A DNA stretch of 64,000 bases from Clostridia bacterium (GCA_036260935.1 DATALQ010000013.1:3080-67079); one strand, 5' to 3'; numbered from the stretch's first letter, positions 37,596 to 47,869 are shown. Translations and numbers: made by a program. The notes: generated by a model not told the origin, from the sequence alone.

Positions 37596-37961
37596 AATAT
37601 AACCTCCAACACAACTTTACTATAGCACAAATATACTTGCTTATACATAATATACAGGGTAAACTCCCTGATCGCACATTTTTAAAATCCGAATTTCCAT
37701 CAGTACTAACTGCCGTCTGCCGCGGCGGATGGCGGTTATTTAAATAAAAGGCCGGATCGCTTCATGCGACCGGTCTTTTGGTATTTATGGAACATAGGAG
37801 TTGCTGCGCAGCATAATAATGTAGCTTATGTGCTGGCGCAATAAGCTTTGCGAAGTCTTGTTCAAAAATCGTCGGTGTTCGATGCACCGACGATTTTTAA
37901 CTGTCAAGCAAGTATTTTTTATTGACTTTTTGAAAGAATAATATATTAAGGAGGACCGATT

Positions 37962-38132
37962 ATGACAACGATTAACTGTTCCTCAAACTGCAAACATCAG
38001 CAAGACGGCAAATGTACACTTGAAAATGCATTTGCCGGAACCCTCGCAATCGACACGGATTGCGTCTTTTTCGAAGAAAGGACTGAGAAAGGTAAAATTG
38101 GCGTTAATTGCAAAATGCCGGGTGAATTATAA
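37962..38132 (+). CDS. Small Cys-rich protein (56 aa, below the ORF-track cut-off)
   Basis: AAGGAGG SD 7 nt upstream of the ATG. MTTINCSSNCKHQQDGKCTLENAFAGTLAIDTDCVFFEERTEKGKIGVNCKMPGEL. Confidence 0.45.
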   Translation: MTTINCSSNCKHQQDGKCTLENAFAGTLAIDTDCVFFEERTEKGKIGVNCKMPGEL

Positions 38133-38182
38133 CAATACTGCAGGAAATAATAAAAGCAACAAAAAGCAAAGGAGATGTTGCT

Positions 38183-38416
38183 ATGAATAGAACCCCACTG
38201 GACAGACTGGCTCTTGTGCTCGTAATTATAGGGGCACTTAACTGGCTGCTTGTCGGAATAGCCAATTATGATCTGGTCACCTCCATATTCGGCGGTAATT
38301 TGTTCAATGGTACGATTTCTATTTTCAGCAGAATCGTATTCGCATTAGTCGGTGTTTCCGGCTTATATGCCATTACGCTTCTGTTTAGAGAAAGCCCCGC
38401 AAACGCAAGAGAATAG
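38183..38416 (+). CDS. DUF378 membrane protein
   Basis: LVLVIIGALNWLLVGIANYDLVTSIFGG is the DUF378 signature. Confidence 0.85.
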   Translation: MNRTPLDRLALVLVIIGALNWLLVGIANYDLVTSIFGGNLFNGTISIFSRIVFALVGVSGLYAITLLFRESPANARE

Positions 38417-38518
38417 ATGACGTAACATTATTTACCGTAATAAAATGGCCCTGTTCTACAAATCATAAGAATACGACGCTGAACTACCAGCGGCGAAAAT
38501 ATACGAGGAGGGAACTAT

Positions 38519-38710
38519 ATGGCAAATAACAGAAGCAAAACGTCATTTGGCAACATGAAGTATGAAATAGCCAACCAGGTCGGAGTTAACCTGAAGCAGG
38601 GCTACAATGGCGACCTCGCAGCAAGAGACGCCGGTAAGATAGGCGGCAATATCGTTAAGAAGGTATTCGAAGCTTATACCGGAAACACTTATGAAGTTGA
38701 AAAGAAGTAA
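38519..38710 (+). CDS. Alpha/beta-type small acid-soluble spore protein
   Basis: MKYEIANQVGVNLKQGYNGDLAARDAGKIGGNIVKKV matches the SASP alpha/beta consensus. GAGGAGG SD. Confidence 0.9.
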   Translation: MANNRSKTSFGNMKYEIANQVGVNLKQGYNGDLAARDAGKIGGNIVKKVFEAYTGNTYEVEKK

Positions 38711-38745
38711 TGCGGGGCGTTGACCCATAACAGATCTATTAAAAA

Positions 38746-38779
38746 CACAAGGGCTGCTGATTTATCGGCAGCCCTTGTG
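38746..38779 (+). terminator. Intrinsic terminator after the SASP gene
   Basis: cacaagggctgc-loop-gcagcccttgtg followed by a T-rich tail. Confidence 0.7.
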
Positions 38780-39390
38780 CTTTGTCTGGAGCAGGAGTTT
38801 GAGTGGGACAGGGAGACGAGAAACAGGGGAATAGTTCTAAACAAGTCATGTCGATCCCGCTAATAATTATATGCGGGATGACCGCCCGGCGCTGTCTGTT
38901 CCGGTTGTGTTTCCAAGCACCGACTGCAAAGCTTATAACAGAGTGTAATCGGTTTCGGGGGCAGGAAGTCCTGTCTAACGGGCTGTTCAGCCCGCTATGC
39001 CAACCGTACACCGTCGCAGAAGGGCTTCGAAGCAACTCAATTTTTCAGATCGGCAGGGCTTGCTTGTGAAGTCATGTTTTATCTCCAAAGTGATGCTCCT
39101 AAACGTACAGTCGGATAGATCTGCTGGAAAGACCCAGGATGCATGGGCGAGCAGCAAGCTTTGCTTGCGACCAGCCAGTGAGACATGACTTCTTTAGTCG
39201 AACTCATATATAAGGCCGAAATGGTCGATTGAAGTCGGTGCTTTAAAACATGATCTGAACGAGCGAGCCCTGTCGATCTGCCTTGAAAAAAGAGCCTTCC
39301 CTCCGCTTATTCGCCCTCTGCTTCGAGCCTACGGCTTGAGATGCATAAAACACGGTTTTCACAAATAATCTTAATAGGGGTCGATTTTTT

Positions 39391-39666
39391 GTGCAATTAT
39401 GGATCTGTTTTGCCGTATTGGCAGTTATAATCTTATTCTTGCTATACATACCCGATATGTTTCCTAAGTGTACATGCTGCGGCAGGAAAAAATTCAAGCC
39501 GTTTTTCAGAATACACAGGGTAGTCGGCATAAATCCAGGCTACAGCGGCAGCCGCTCCGTTTGCAGTAAATGCTGCCGGGAATACAACATAGAAGGGTTG
39601 TTCGATCTGGATCGCATAATCGAAATCAGAAGGAAAATGAAAATGGATTCTTTGACAAGGCAATGA
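39391..39666 (+). CDS. Hypothetical TM plus double-CxxC (zinc-ribbon-like) protein
   Basis: 91 aa, GTG start. One TM, then CTCCGRKK...CSKCCREY. Confidence 0.35.
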   Translation: MQLWICFAVLAVIILFLLYIPDMFPKCTCCGRKKFKPFFRIHRVVGINPGYSGSRSVCSKCCREYNIEGLFDLDRIIEIRRKMKMDSLTRQ

Positions 39667-39684
39667 ACAAAGTTTGAAAACATG

Positions 39685-39714
39685 CAAAAAAGGGGGCTCG
39701 ACTCCCCCTTTTTG
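39685..39714. terminator. Bidirectional terminator
   Basis: aaaaaagggggctcgactcccccttttt between convergent genes. Confidence 0.7.
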
Positions 39715-39766
39715 CATTCTTTCTGTTTACTCGTTGGGTTATATTCAATTAATCGATTCAGCTATA

Positions 39767-41317
39767 TTATTTGCCGTTCTTGGCGCGCCAGTCATCATAC
39801 TGCTTCTGCATCTCGGCGATTATTGCCTCTTCGCCGGAAGCCTTCAGTTCGCTGGTGAATTTGGTAACAGTCTTGTCAACGTCAGCCGAGCCGGAGAAAA
39901 GGATCGGGTAGTAGCTGTCGACAACTGCCTTGCAGGCAGCGATCTGGGTCTGGACAGGAGTCGAATTGAATACGAAACCAAGGTTCTGTTCAATAAACCC
40001 GGATTTGTTGTAATCGAGCATCTTGGTCCACAGATCAGCAGGCTGTGATTCGAGCAGCAGATCCTTGAACTGATCGCCGAATTCCCACTGGTTTCCGAGA
40101 TTCCAGCCATCGGTGCCCTTCTGGGTTATCTTGATTCTGCCGTCGTCATTTACTGTGTAATGGGTGTCCTTTATACCGAAGGTGATCATATTCCTGAGTG
40201 TCGCATCGGTATAAGTCATGTTAATGAACTGGAATGCAGCGTCAGGATTCTTGGAAGCTGCAGGTATTGCAAGCATTGCGCCTGTTGTTTCACGGTTGGA
40301 CATGACAGGTTTGGTAATATCGACCTGTACCCACTCGACGCCCGTCTGCTGTGAAAATCTGGGGGCAAAGTATGGGATAAGGGGCTGTTCGGATGCGAAG
40401 TACTTGCCGGTCTTCAATTCTTCCGTTGTATTGACAAGTGATCCGTTGTCCTTTGCAATATAACCCTTCTGATAATAATCACGCATTTCCTTGTAGTATG
40501 CAACCATTTCAGGAGTCAGGAACTGGTCGATGACCTTGGTATCCCTGTTATCCGGATACAGTGCGCCCGGTACGTTATCATCGCTAAGGTTGTTCCAGTC
40601 GAGGAAGTGGAAAGGAGTATCCATCTTGCAAGCCAGCAGAGGAACGATCTTTCCGCCTTCACCCTTGAGTATCTGATCAAAATACGGTACAAGGTCGGCA
40701 GTCTTGGTGATCTTGGTCACATCGATCTGGTACTTGTCGACAAGACTCTTCTGAAGCACGAAGCCCCAGTTGTGAGCTGTTTCCTTGTGAGTCGGCACTG
40801 CATAGTTGACGCCGTCGATTGCAGAACCGTTAAGGAAGTCTTTACCAAGTATGTCAACGATAGTGGAATCTTTTGCGAGGTAATCGTTGAGCGGCAGGAA
40901 GTAACCTGCAGGAGCATTCATGTAATAGTTTGCAGCCCAGTTTGCAGTGAAGCATACGTCGAAAGCTTCACCGGATGCAAGCATCGGATTGACCTTTTTG
41001 TCGTAATCTCCCCAGCCGAACACCTGGAGCTTGAGCTTCAGGCCTTTGTCAGCAAGGTATTTGTTGACTTCCGCCAAAACCATATCGGTGTCGGCAGGCT
41101 GTTTGTCACCTACTCTGACATAAGTGATTTCGACCGGTTCCTTCGGTGTTTCAGCAGGAGCTGCTGTTGCTTCTGCAACCGTCGCGGCCGGCGTAGCCTC
41201 AGGTGTCGCTGCGTTCGCGCCTGTGCCCGCGGTCTGGCCGCCACAGCCAGTCAATGCAAATGCAAGAGCAAGTACAAGGACCATGGCCAGGCACATAACC
41301 TTTTTAAAACTGAACAT
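39767..41317 (-). CDS. ABC transporter extracellular solute-binding lipoprotein (large family-1 sugar SBP)
   Basis: Start moved to ATG 41317 (MFSFKKVMCLAMVLVLALAFALTGCGG) behind GAGGAGG. Lipobox LTGC. Followed by two permeases. Confidence 0.85.
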   Translation of the reverse strand: MFSFKKVMCLAMVLVLALAFALTGCGGQTAGTGANAATPEATPAATVAEATAAPAETPKEPVEITYVRVGDKQPADTDMVLAEVNKYLADKGLKLKLQVFGWGDYDKKVNPMLASGEAFDVCFTANWAANYYMNAPAGYFLPLNDYLAKDSTIVDILGKDFLNGSAIDGVNYAVPTHKETAHNWGFVLQKSLVDKYQIDVTKITKTADLVPYFDQILKGEGGKIVPLLACKMDTPFHFLDWNNLSDDNVPGALYPDNRDTKVIDQFLTPEMVAYYKEMRDYYQKGYIAKDNGSLVNTTEELKTGKYFASEQPLIPYFAPRFSQQTGVEWVQVDITKPVMSNRETTGAMLAIPAASKNPDAAFQFINMTYTDATLRNMITFGIKDTHYTVNDDGRIKITQKGTDGWNLGNQWEFGDQFKDLLLESQPADLWTKMLDYNKSGFIEQNLGFVFNSTPVQTQIAACKAVVDSYYPILFSGSADVDKTVTKFTSELKASGEEAIIAEMQKQYDDWRAKNGK

Positions 41318-41389
41318 AGAAAACCTCCTCTTAATACTTTGTTTATTTGATGCATTGTACCGGGCCGGTCGGTCCGATACCATATGCTC

Positions 41390-42301
41390 TCAACCTTTTA
41401 CAGCTCCTATCGTAAGACCCTTTACGAAAAACCTCTGGAAGAATGGGAAAGCCAATACAATCGGACCTATCGAAAGCACCGCTACAGCCATACGTGCGCT
41501 TTCGCTCGGAAGTCCCGCCCCGATATCCCTGGCCTGCACGAAATTGGCGCTTCCGCTCATCAGATACTGTATGCTTGTCAGCGTCTGATACATAAGATAC
41601 TGTATATTGAACAGCTTGGCGTCGGTTATGAAAACAAGCGGCAGGTACCAGTCGTTCCAGTAATTGAGCACACAGAACAGCGCTATGGTTGCAAGACCTG
41701 CGCGGCAGAGCGGCAGCACTATCACCAGGAAGGTCCTGTACTCGCCCGCGCCGTCGATCCTCGCGGATTCGAGTATGGACTCGTTTATCGTCGTTTTGAT
41801 GAACGTACGCATGATCATCATGAACCAGGCGTTCATCAGGTACGGTACGATCATGACCCAGATCGTATTTTTCAAAGGTATGAGTTGTGTATATACGACA
41901 TACCATGGCACAAGCCCGCCCCCGAAGATCATTGTAAAGAACGCTATGAAAGAAAATTGGTTCCTGTACTTGAAAGTGCTCCTCGTAAGAGGGTATGCAT
42001 AGAGGCATATGACGATCAAGCTCAGGAATGTACCCAAAACTGAAACAAAAATGGAGGTGCCATAAGCCCTGTATATTACATCCCCTACCGCGGCTACATA
42101 TCTGTATGCCTCAACTGACCATCCCTTGGGAAAAAAGCTGTAACCGTTCTTCAGCAGTGAATCCTCGGACGTCAGGGACAGTATGATTATCAAAACCAGC
42201 GGCAGAAGACAGATCGCCGCACCGCACAGAAACACGAAATTCAGGATGGCATTGCTGCCCCACTTTATTGTATTTACACTGCTTTTTGTTCCGCTTTTCA
42301 T
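41390..42301 (-). CDS. Carbohydrate ABC transporter permease
   Basis: 6-TM MalG/LplC-like. EAA-type loop ESARIDGAGEYRTFLVIVLPL. Confidence 0.9.
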   Translation of the reverse strand: MKSGTKSSVNTIKWGSNAILNFVFLCGAAICLLPLVLIIILSLTSEDSLLKNGYSFFPKGWSVEAYRYVAAVGDVIYRAYGTSIFVSVLGTFLSLIVICLYAYPLTRSTFKYRNQFSFIAFFTMIFGGGLVPWYVVYTQLIPLKNTIWVMIVPYLMNAWFMMIMRTFIKTTINESILESARIDGAGEYRTFLVIVLPLCRAGLATIALFCVLNYWNDWYLPLVFITDAKLFNIQYLMYQTLTSIQYLMSGSANFVQARDIGAGLPSESARMAVAVLSIGPIVLAFPFFQRFFVKGLTIGAVKG

Positions 42302-42358
42302 ATTAAGCCTCCCATGGATGTTTTAGAGGAAATCGCGCCAATGGCGCTAAACATCCTC

Positions 42359-43333
42359 CTAGAATAACGCCATGTCCTTGTCGATCCTTCTGACGATCAG
42401 GTTTGCCGTGAATACGGTGATACAGCCGATAACTGCCTGGTATGTGCCTGCGGCAGCCGCCATACCGATATTGCTGGTATTCATCAGCGCTGTGTAAACA
42501 TAGGTATCTATGACCATCGTTGCATTCATCAATGAGCCGCTGTTTCTCGGGACATTGTAGAACAGGCCGAAATCGGCGTTGAATACCCTGCCTACCGCAA
42601 GAAGGGTCAATATAATCATCAGCGATTTCAGCAACGGAAGCGTGATATGTCTGATCTGCTGCCATTTGGTTGCTCCGTCTATCGATGCGGCTTCATAATA
42701 TTCAGAATCGATGCCCGATATGGCCGCCAGATAGACAACCACATTGTAGCCCGTGTATTTCCACATGTGGAAGAACACGAGGATGAGCGGCCACCAGGCA
42801 GGTTCGCTGTACCACTCGACAGGGGCGATGCCCAGAGTCTTCAATATTCCGGTGTTGAGGAATCCCTTGTCTACACTAAGCAGTGAATATGCCAGATAAC
42901 TAACTATGATCCACGAAAGGAAATACGGGAGGAACATAATGCTCTGGTATACACGCGAATGCATTTTTCCCCTTATCTCGTTCAGCGCGATGGCAAGCAT
43001 CACGGGAACGATAATGTCGAGTATAATGAATACTAAGTTGTAAAGTATGGTATTTCTTGTCATTATATAGGCATAGGGCGTATTGAAAAAGAAACTGAAG
43101 TTATTGAAACCTACGAACTTGCTTTTTATAACGCTTTCAAGGAAGCTGCCCACGAACCTGTATTGTTTGAAGGCAATGATTATTCCGAACATCGGGATAT
43201 AATTGTTGATCAGCAGGATCACAAGTCCCGGTACCAGCATGGAGAGGAGCGGGCCGTTTGTTCTAATGAAGTTGCCGTATTTGCTGCGTCTTTTCCTGGC
43301 AGGTGTATAGGTCTGCGGGATAAATTCCGTCAT
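42359..43333 (-). CDS. Carbohydrate ABC transporter permease
   Basis: LplB/MalF-like. EAASIDGATKWQQIRHITLPLL. Start moved to ATG 43333 (MTEFIPQTY...), since the track's 5' extension lacks support. Confidence 0.9.
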   Translation of the reverse strand: MTEFIPQTYTPARKRRSKYGNFIRTNGPLLSMLVPGLVILLINNYIPMFGIIIAFKQYRFVGSFLESVIKSKFVGFNNFSFFFNTPYAYIMTRNTILYNLVFIILDIIVPVMLAIALNEIRGKMHSRVYQSIMFLPYFLSWIIVSYLAYSLLSVDKGFLNTGILKTLGIAPVEWYSEPAWWPLILVFFHMWKYTGYNVVVYLAAISGIDSEYYEAASIDGATKWQQIRHITLPLLKSLMIILTLLAVGRVFNADFGLFYNVPRNSGSLMNATMVIDTYVYTALMNTSNIGMAAAAGTYQAVIGCITVFTANLIVRRIDKDMALF

Positions 43334-43784
43334 TATTTTTTTCACACCCCATCGTAAATTTGTCAAATTATGTTCCGCTGACTTTATCCTACGATTTTTT
43401 AGTTTCATATTCATGTACTGAATGTAACGCCGTATGCATAAGTGCGTCATGGAAAAGTGCCAAGGTGTCATTAAAATAGGCAAAAAAAAATGACGTCCGT
43501 CACAATATGTGACGAATGTCATTTTCTAGAATTTTTTCTTGTCACCTCGAAGGTTCCCGTATCTTTGAATTTCGGAAACTCAATTATACACTAAAATGCT
43601 CGCATTGCTTTCCTAAAGATTGATAAACAACGGTTGAAGGCGTTTGTTTCGACTTTATGCCGAATAACCTGCAGCCGTATGGAAATCTTTGATCCCACGT
43701 AATATAAAAGTACTTGCAATCCCGGCAGCTTTGGCGCGTTTCCATGACGCATATCCTCTTTTACTTTTGTTGTATGTCTGTAAA

Positions 43785-45257
43785 TTATTTGTAAATTTTT
43801 ATGACCTCATTCAATTGGTTTACAAGCCCGTCGAGTTCGTTGAAACTGCCCGCAATTCCCTCCATCCTCTTATCCTGCTCTTCAATACTTGACAGAATCT
43901 CTTCAAAAGAAGCCGTACTCTCCTGTGCAACGCTTGATATATTCTGTATCATGTCATTGATCGAAGCCGCCAGTACAGTAAGGCTTCCCGCCATTTCGTC
44001 GACCTGCTTCACGCTGCCGTGCATCGTACCTATAAAGCCGTCTATGTTCTCAAACTCGGATCTTACGTTTTGGGCCATACTGCTGCTGCGAAGCACCATT
44101 TCATGCTCGCTGCCTATCTGTCCGGATACTTCTTCAACTTTTTCATGTATTTTGCCAAGAATCCTCGATATGTTGCCGATCGATTGTTTCGAACTCTCGG
44201 CGAGCTTGCGTACCTCATCTGCAACAACTGCAAAGCCCTTGCCCGATTCTCCTGCGCGCGCGGCCTCGATGGCTGTATTGAGAGCCAGCATATTGGTTTG
44301 CTCGGCTATGCCGTTTATGCTCGAAAGGATATCATTGATCTGACGCGTATCGTTATTGAGCTCTTCCATCAGCTTAACCACGGAATTGTTGATCGAGCTG
44401 ACGTTATCGATTTCCGCATCCAGCAATGATACCTGCTGTCTACCGGCAGCAACCGAATCCAGAGTTCTCTGCGAATGACCCACCATAGTATCGGAAGCTT
44501 TTTTAATATTTGGAACGTCCCTGTCCAGGACCGCTATTGATTCGTTTATCCTGCCGACACTGTCCGTTTGGGATTCAACCCCTTTTGCGACTTCATCGAA
44601 GGTGCATGTGATGTTTTCGGAAAAATTCCTCGCAGATCCGATGTTTTCCTTGAGATTGTTGCTGAAATGACCCAATATTGCAACTGACTCGTTGATGCTG
44701 CTCAAAACATGAGCCTGTTTCCTGTTTGCCTCCTCGATCTGTCCCTTATTCACCAATTGCCTCAGAATACCCTTGGTAAACCGGCTCTGCAGCATCAATA
44801 AAGCTGTAACCAGCACCAGAAACAGGTTGATTACAATAATACCCGTAATGTCGGTCTTAAATACGAGGTCGTTGGCACTGATGTAGAAATAATCAGTTAT
44901 GGCAAGACCGATTGCCCCTGAAAACAATATGGACTTGTAGTCCTGATATATGGAAATTGCCGCAAGCGCAAAATATATTGAGAAATATGAGGGGTTGGTC
45001 TTTTCGTTGTTTATAATGAAAAAACAGATAAATCCTATGCCGACTGCCGCTATATACATCGTCTGTTTCGACAGGATACGTTTCACCGAGAATATGGTTA
45101 TCGGGACGAAAAATATCACTGCCAGTGCAACCAGGATCAGTATCGTTGTCATTCCGGTGGCTCCGGCTATACACATCGCTAATGCGAATACCAGCGAGCC
45201 CCATAAAAGCTTGGTCAGGAATAAATTCTTTTTCTGCAGCAATTCAAGCTCTTCCAT
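43785..45257 (-). CDS. Methyl-accepting chemotaxis protein with a multi-TM N-terminal module
   Basis: Signalling hairpin [33 protein letters not shown]. The first about 170 aa are 5-6 TM helices with no obvious periplasmic domain. Confidence 0.9.
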   Translation of the reverse strand: MEELELLQKKNLFLTKLLWGSLVFALAMCIAGATGMTTILILVALAVIFFVPITIFSVKRILSKQTMYIAAVGIGFICFFIINNEKTNPSYFSIYFALAAISIYQDYKSILFSGAIGLAITDYFYISANDLVFKTDITGIIVINLFLVLVTALLMLQSRFTKGILRQLVNKGQIEEANRKQAHVLSSINESVAILGHFSNNLKENIGSARNFSENITCTFDEVAKGVESQTDSVGRINESIAVLDRDVPNIKKASDTMVGHSQRTLDSVAAGRQQVSLLDAEIDNVSSINNSVVKLMEELNNDTRQINDILSSINGIAEQTNMLALNTAIEAARAGESGKGFAVVADEVRKLAESSKQSIGNISRILGKIHEKVEEVSGQIGSEHEMVLRSSSMAQNVRSEFENIDGFIGTMHGSVKQVDEMAGSLTVLAASINDMIQNISSVAQESTASFEEILSSIEEQDKRMEGIAGSFNELDGLVNQLNEVIKIYK

Positions 45258-45536
45258 ACAGTTATTCCACCCTTTGTAAATTTATATCCTATATATCGGT
45301 TTTATTCGATATTTTTTCGACATTTCCTGCTGATTTGTTTTATTAATTACCTATTCCTTTGGCGTGATTCGGGTGGGTGAGCAGATGACGGCCAGCATGT
45401 GCAGGAGTGTTACAGGCTGAGTGGTATGGCGATGGTGGCTGCAGACATCTGCTTACCCCACCTGATCTACCGATAGAACAAAATTAGCGAGTACCTTACG
45501 ATACCCGCTGGGTCCACCTCAACTATTGACGAAGAG

Positions 45537-45582
45537 CCAAAAAAAGAAAACCCCCTATGCAGCCAAAAGGACGCATAAGAGG
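45537..45582 (-). terminator. Intrinsic terminator after yebC
   Basis: Minus strand cctcttatgc-loop-gcataggggg followed by TTTTCTTTTT. The two U-G wobbles are only possible on the minus strand. Confidence 0.65.
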
Positions 45583-45627
45583 TTTGTTTCAGATATATAC
45601 TGCATGAACCGTCTTTACTCCCGGTCC

Positions 45628-46356
45628 TTATTCCTGCTCCCAGTTGTGCCAGACGTTCTGGACGTCGTCCATGTCTTCGAGGTTTTCGACGAGTTTGTCC
45701 ATGAACTCGATCTGTTTGGGGTCGGTGAGCTTTGTCATGACGGTCGGCACCATCTCGACTTCGGCTTCCATAAACTCGTAACCCTTCTTCTCGAGAGCCT
45801 CTCTGACCTTTGAGAATTCGCCGGGATCCGTGGTAACCTCGAAGTAATCCTCTTCAGCCGAAAAGTCTTCAGCCCCGGCGTCGAGCGCGTCCATCATCAG
45901 GTTGTCCTCCGAGATCTGTCCGTCGTTCTCTATGAGCATTACGCCTTTTTTGTTGAACATGAAGGAAACGCTTCCCGTCTGGCCGAGGTTGCCCCCGAAC
46001 TTGTCGAAGAAGTGCCTTATATCGCCTGCCGTCCTGTTGCGGTTGTCGGTAGCAGCGTCTACTATGACTGCAACGCCGCCCGGGCCGTAGCCTTCGTATG
46101 AAATTTCCTCGTAATTGTCGCCGTCACCCTCGCCTGCAGCCTTCTTGATGCTCCTTGCTATATTGTCGTTCGGCATGTTTGCCGCCTTGCACTTGGCAAT
46201 GACGTCTTTCAACCTGGAATTGGCGTCAGGGTTGCCTCCGCCTTGTTTTACCGCTATAGCAAGCTCCCTTCCGAGCTTCGTGAAGGCTTTTCCTCTCTGC
46301 GCGTCGGATTTGCCTTTTTTGATTTTGATATTAGCCCATTTCGAATGGCCTGACAT
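45628..46356 (-). CDS. yebC: YebC/PmpR-family transcriptional regulator
   Basis: MSGHSKWANIKIKKGKSDAQRGKAFTKLGREL... is canonical. Confidence 0.95.
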   Translation of the reverse strand: MSGHSKWANIKIKKGKSDAQRGKAFTKLGRELAIAVKQGGGNPDANSRLKDVIAKCKAANMPNDNIARSIKKAAGEGDGDNYEEISYEGYGPGGVAVIVDAATDNRNRTAGDIRHFFDKFGGNLGQTGSVSFMFNKKGVMLIENDGQISEDNLMMDALDAGAEDFSAEEDYFEVTTDPGEFSKVREALEKKGYEFMEAEVEMVPTVMTKLTDPKQIEFMDKLVENLEDMDDVQNVWHNWEQE

Positions 46357-46536
46357 AAGTATACCTCCAATATAAGACTCTTTATTTCCGCATGACGGAA
46401 AATATGTTTACACTCAGGGATGTTTCCTGTAAAATGTTGTTGGTAATTTATGGATACTCTTTTAATATAAGGATATTCATAAAATCCGCACATATATGAT
46501 AACACATACGATTCAAAAGATAAAGGGTGGGCTTTC

Positions 46537-47466
46537 ATGGATTATGGTTACCTGTTTGCAATAGCCGTCATATTGATTATAGCTCTGCTGGCATTTTGCC
46601 TGGCTTCTTTCGTCTTATACAGGAAATCTCTGCTTCAGATAAAATCATTGACGGACCAGTTAAATACCTCGGCAGAGGCTGTAGAAAGGAAATCCGAATT
46701 CTTCTCGAATATGGCGCATGAGCTTAAAACTCCGTTGAGCGTGATACTCGGGGCTGTACAATTGCTTGGCAGGAAGGAGGGAGAGCAGTCTGAAAGCAGC
46801 TTTACAAAAAATCTCATGATAATAAGCTGCAATTGTTACAGATTGCTGCGCCTGACCAATAACCTGCTGGATCTCAACAGGATCGAAGCAGGATATCTTT
46901 CATATAAACCGGTCAATTGCGACCTTAACCAGCTTATCTCGGAAATCGTTCAATCGGTCAGGCCATTTGCTTCGAACAGGATGCTGAGCCTGAATTACTG
47001 CGGTACCAATGGACCGATCTTTGTCGCGGTGGATATTGAAAAAATGGAGAGGATCATGCTGAATTTGCTTTCGAACGCCATTAAGTTTACAAAGCCGGGA
47101 GGGCTCGTACTGGTATCAGTATATGTCTCGGGGGAGCGGGCCTGCATCTCCGTAAAAGATTCGGGTACAGGCATCCCGGAGGAAAGCCGCGAAATGATTT
47201 TTGAGCGGTACAGGCAGGCCGGCCGCGACAGTGCGGCAGAAAACGAGGGAAGCGGCATAGGACTCTCCCTGGTCAGATCCTTTGTAAAGCTTCATCAGGG
47301 CAATATCCGGCTATCGAGCGAGAAAGACAACGGAACGGAATTTATAATCGACCTTCCTCTGAAGCAGCTTAAAAGCGCTGATGTTTACGAGTCCGAAGAG
47401 CTTGGCGCAAGCTTTGAAGAAGCCGCCAAAATCGAATTCTCCACAATCCATACCGTACCTATGTGA
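46537..47466 (+). CDS. Small membrane-anchored sensor histidine kinase (no adjacent response regulator)
   Basis: One TM, H-box FFSNMAHELKTPLSVI, N box LLSNAIKFT, G boxes DSGTGIP and GSGIGLSLV. Confidence 0.85.
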   Translation: MDYGYLFAIAVILIIALLAFCLASFVLYRKSLLQIKSLTDQLNTSAEAVERKSEFFSNMAHELKTPLSVILGAVQLLGRKEGEQSESSFTKNLMIISCNCYRLLRLTNNLLDLNRIEAGYLSYKPVNCDLNQLISEIVQSVRPFASNRMLSLNYCGTNGPIFVAVDIEKMERIMLNLLSNAIKFTKPGGLVLVSVYVSGERACISVKDSGTGIPEESREMIFERYRQAGRDSAAENEGSGIGLSLVRSFVKLHQGNIRLSSEKDNGTEFIIDLPLKQLKSADVYESEELGASFEEAAKIEFSTIHTVPM

Positions 47467-47485
47467 TTTCACAAGCAAGCGGGAT

Positions 47486-47869
47486 TCATCTAAGCGCTAC
47501 AAGTACGCACGCCTCCGCATGGGTCAGCCCGAGCGAATCGGCGTAGCTCAGCAGTTCCTCGTCATGTGTGCCCGGCTGGAACCATATGTTTCTTATGCCG
47601 AGCCTGGCAGCCTCCTCGAGTACCGCGCGCCCTCTTTTGGGAGATACGACCATGTCGATGACATCCGGCTTCTGCGGCAGAGACGAAAGATCCCTGAAGC
47701 AGGTGCTGCCTTCCACTTCATCATAATTCGGATTGACCGGGTAAACTGTATAACCTCTGGCGAGCAATTTTCTGAAGATCATGTTCCCGTATTTTTCACG
47801 GTCTGTATTTGCACCAACCACAGCCCAAACCTTTTTTTCCAGCATATCTTCTTCTAACATCGATATCAC
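47486..47869 (-). CDS. CoA-binding protein (YccU/YneT-like)
   Basis: KKVWAVVGANTDREKYGNMIFRKLLARGYTVYPVNP. Confidence 0.8.
   Translation of the reverse strand: MISMLEEDMLEKKVWAVVGANTDREKYGNMIFRKLLARGYTVYPVNPNYDEVEGSTCFRDLSSLPQKPDVIDMVVSPKRGRAVLEEAARLGIRNIWFQPGTHDEELLSYADSLGLTHAEACVLVALR

Noticed and set aside
38790-39340. Tested as RNase P RNA, tmRNA or SRP RNA
   Set aside because: GCAGGAAGTCCTGTC only loosely resembles the RNase P CR-I GAGGAAAGTCCGGGC. No ACAGAAxCCGGCTTA, no tmRNA ends (GGGG...CCACCA with a tag ORF) and no SRP GGAA/AGCAGC motif are present. Retained only as an unclassified structured-RNA candidate.
40607-42043. Several 200-250-aa ORFs overlapping the ABC transporter genes in other frames or on the other strand
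   Set aside because: The SBP and permease frames carry diagnostic motifs (lipobox, EAA loops). The alternatives are Arg/His/Cys-rich with no signals.
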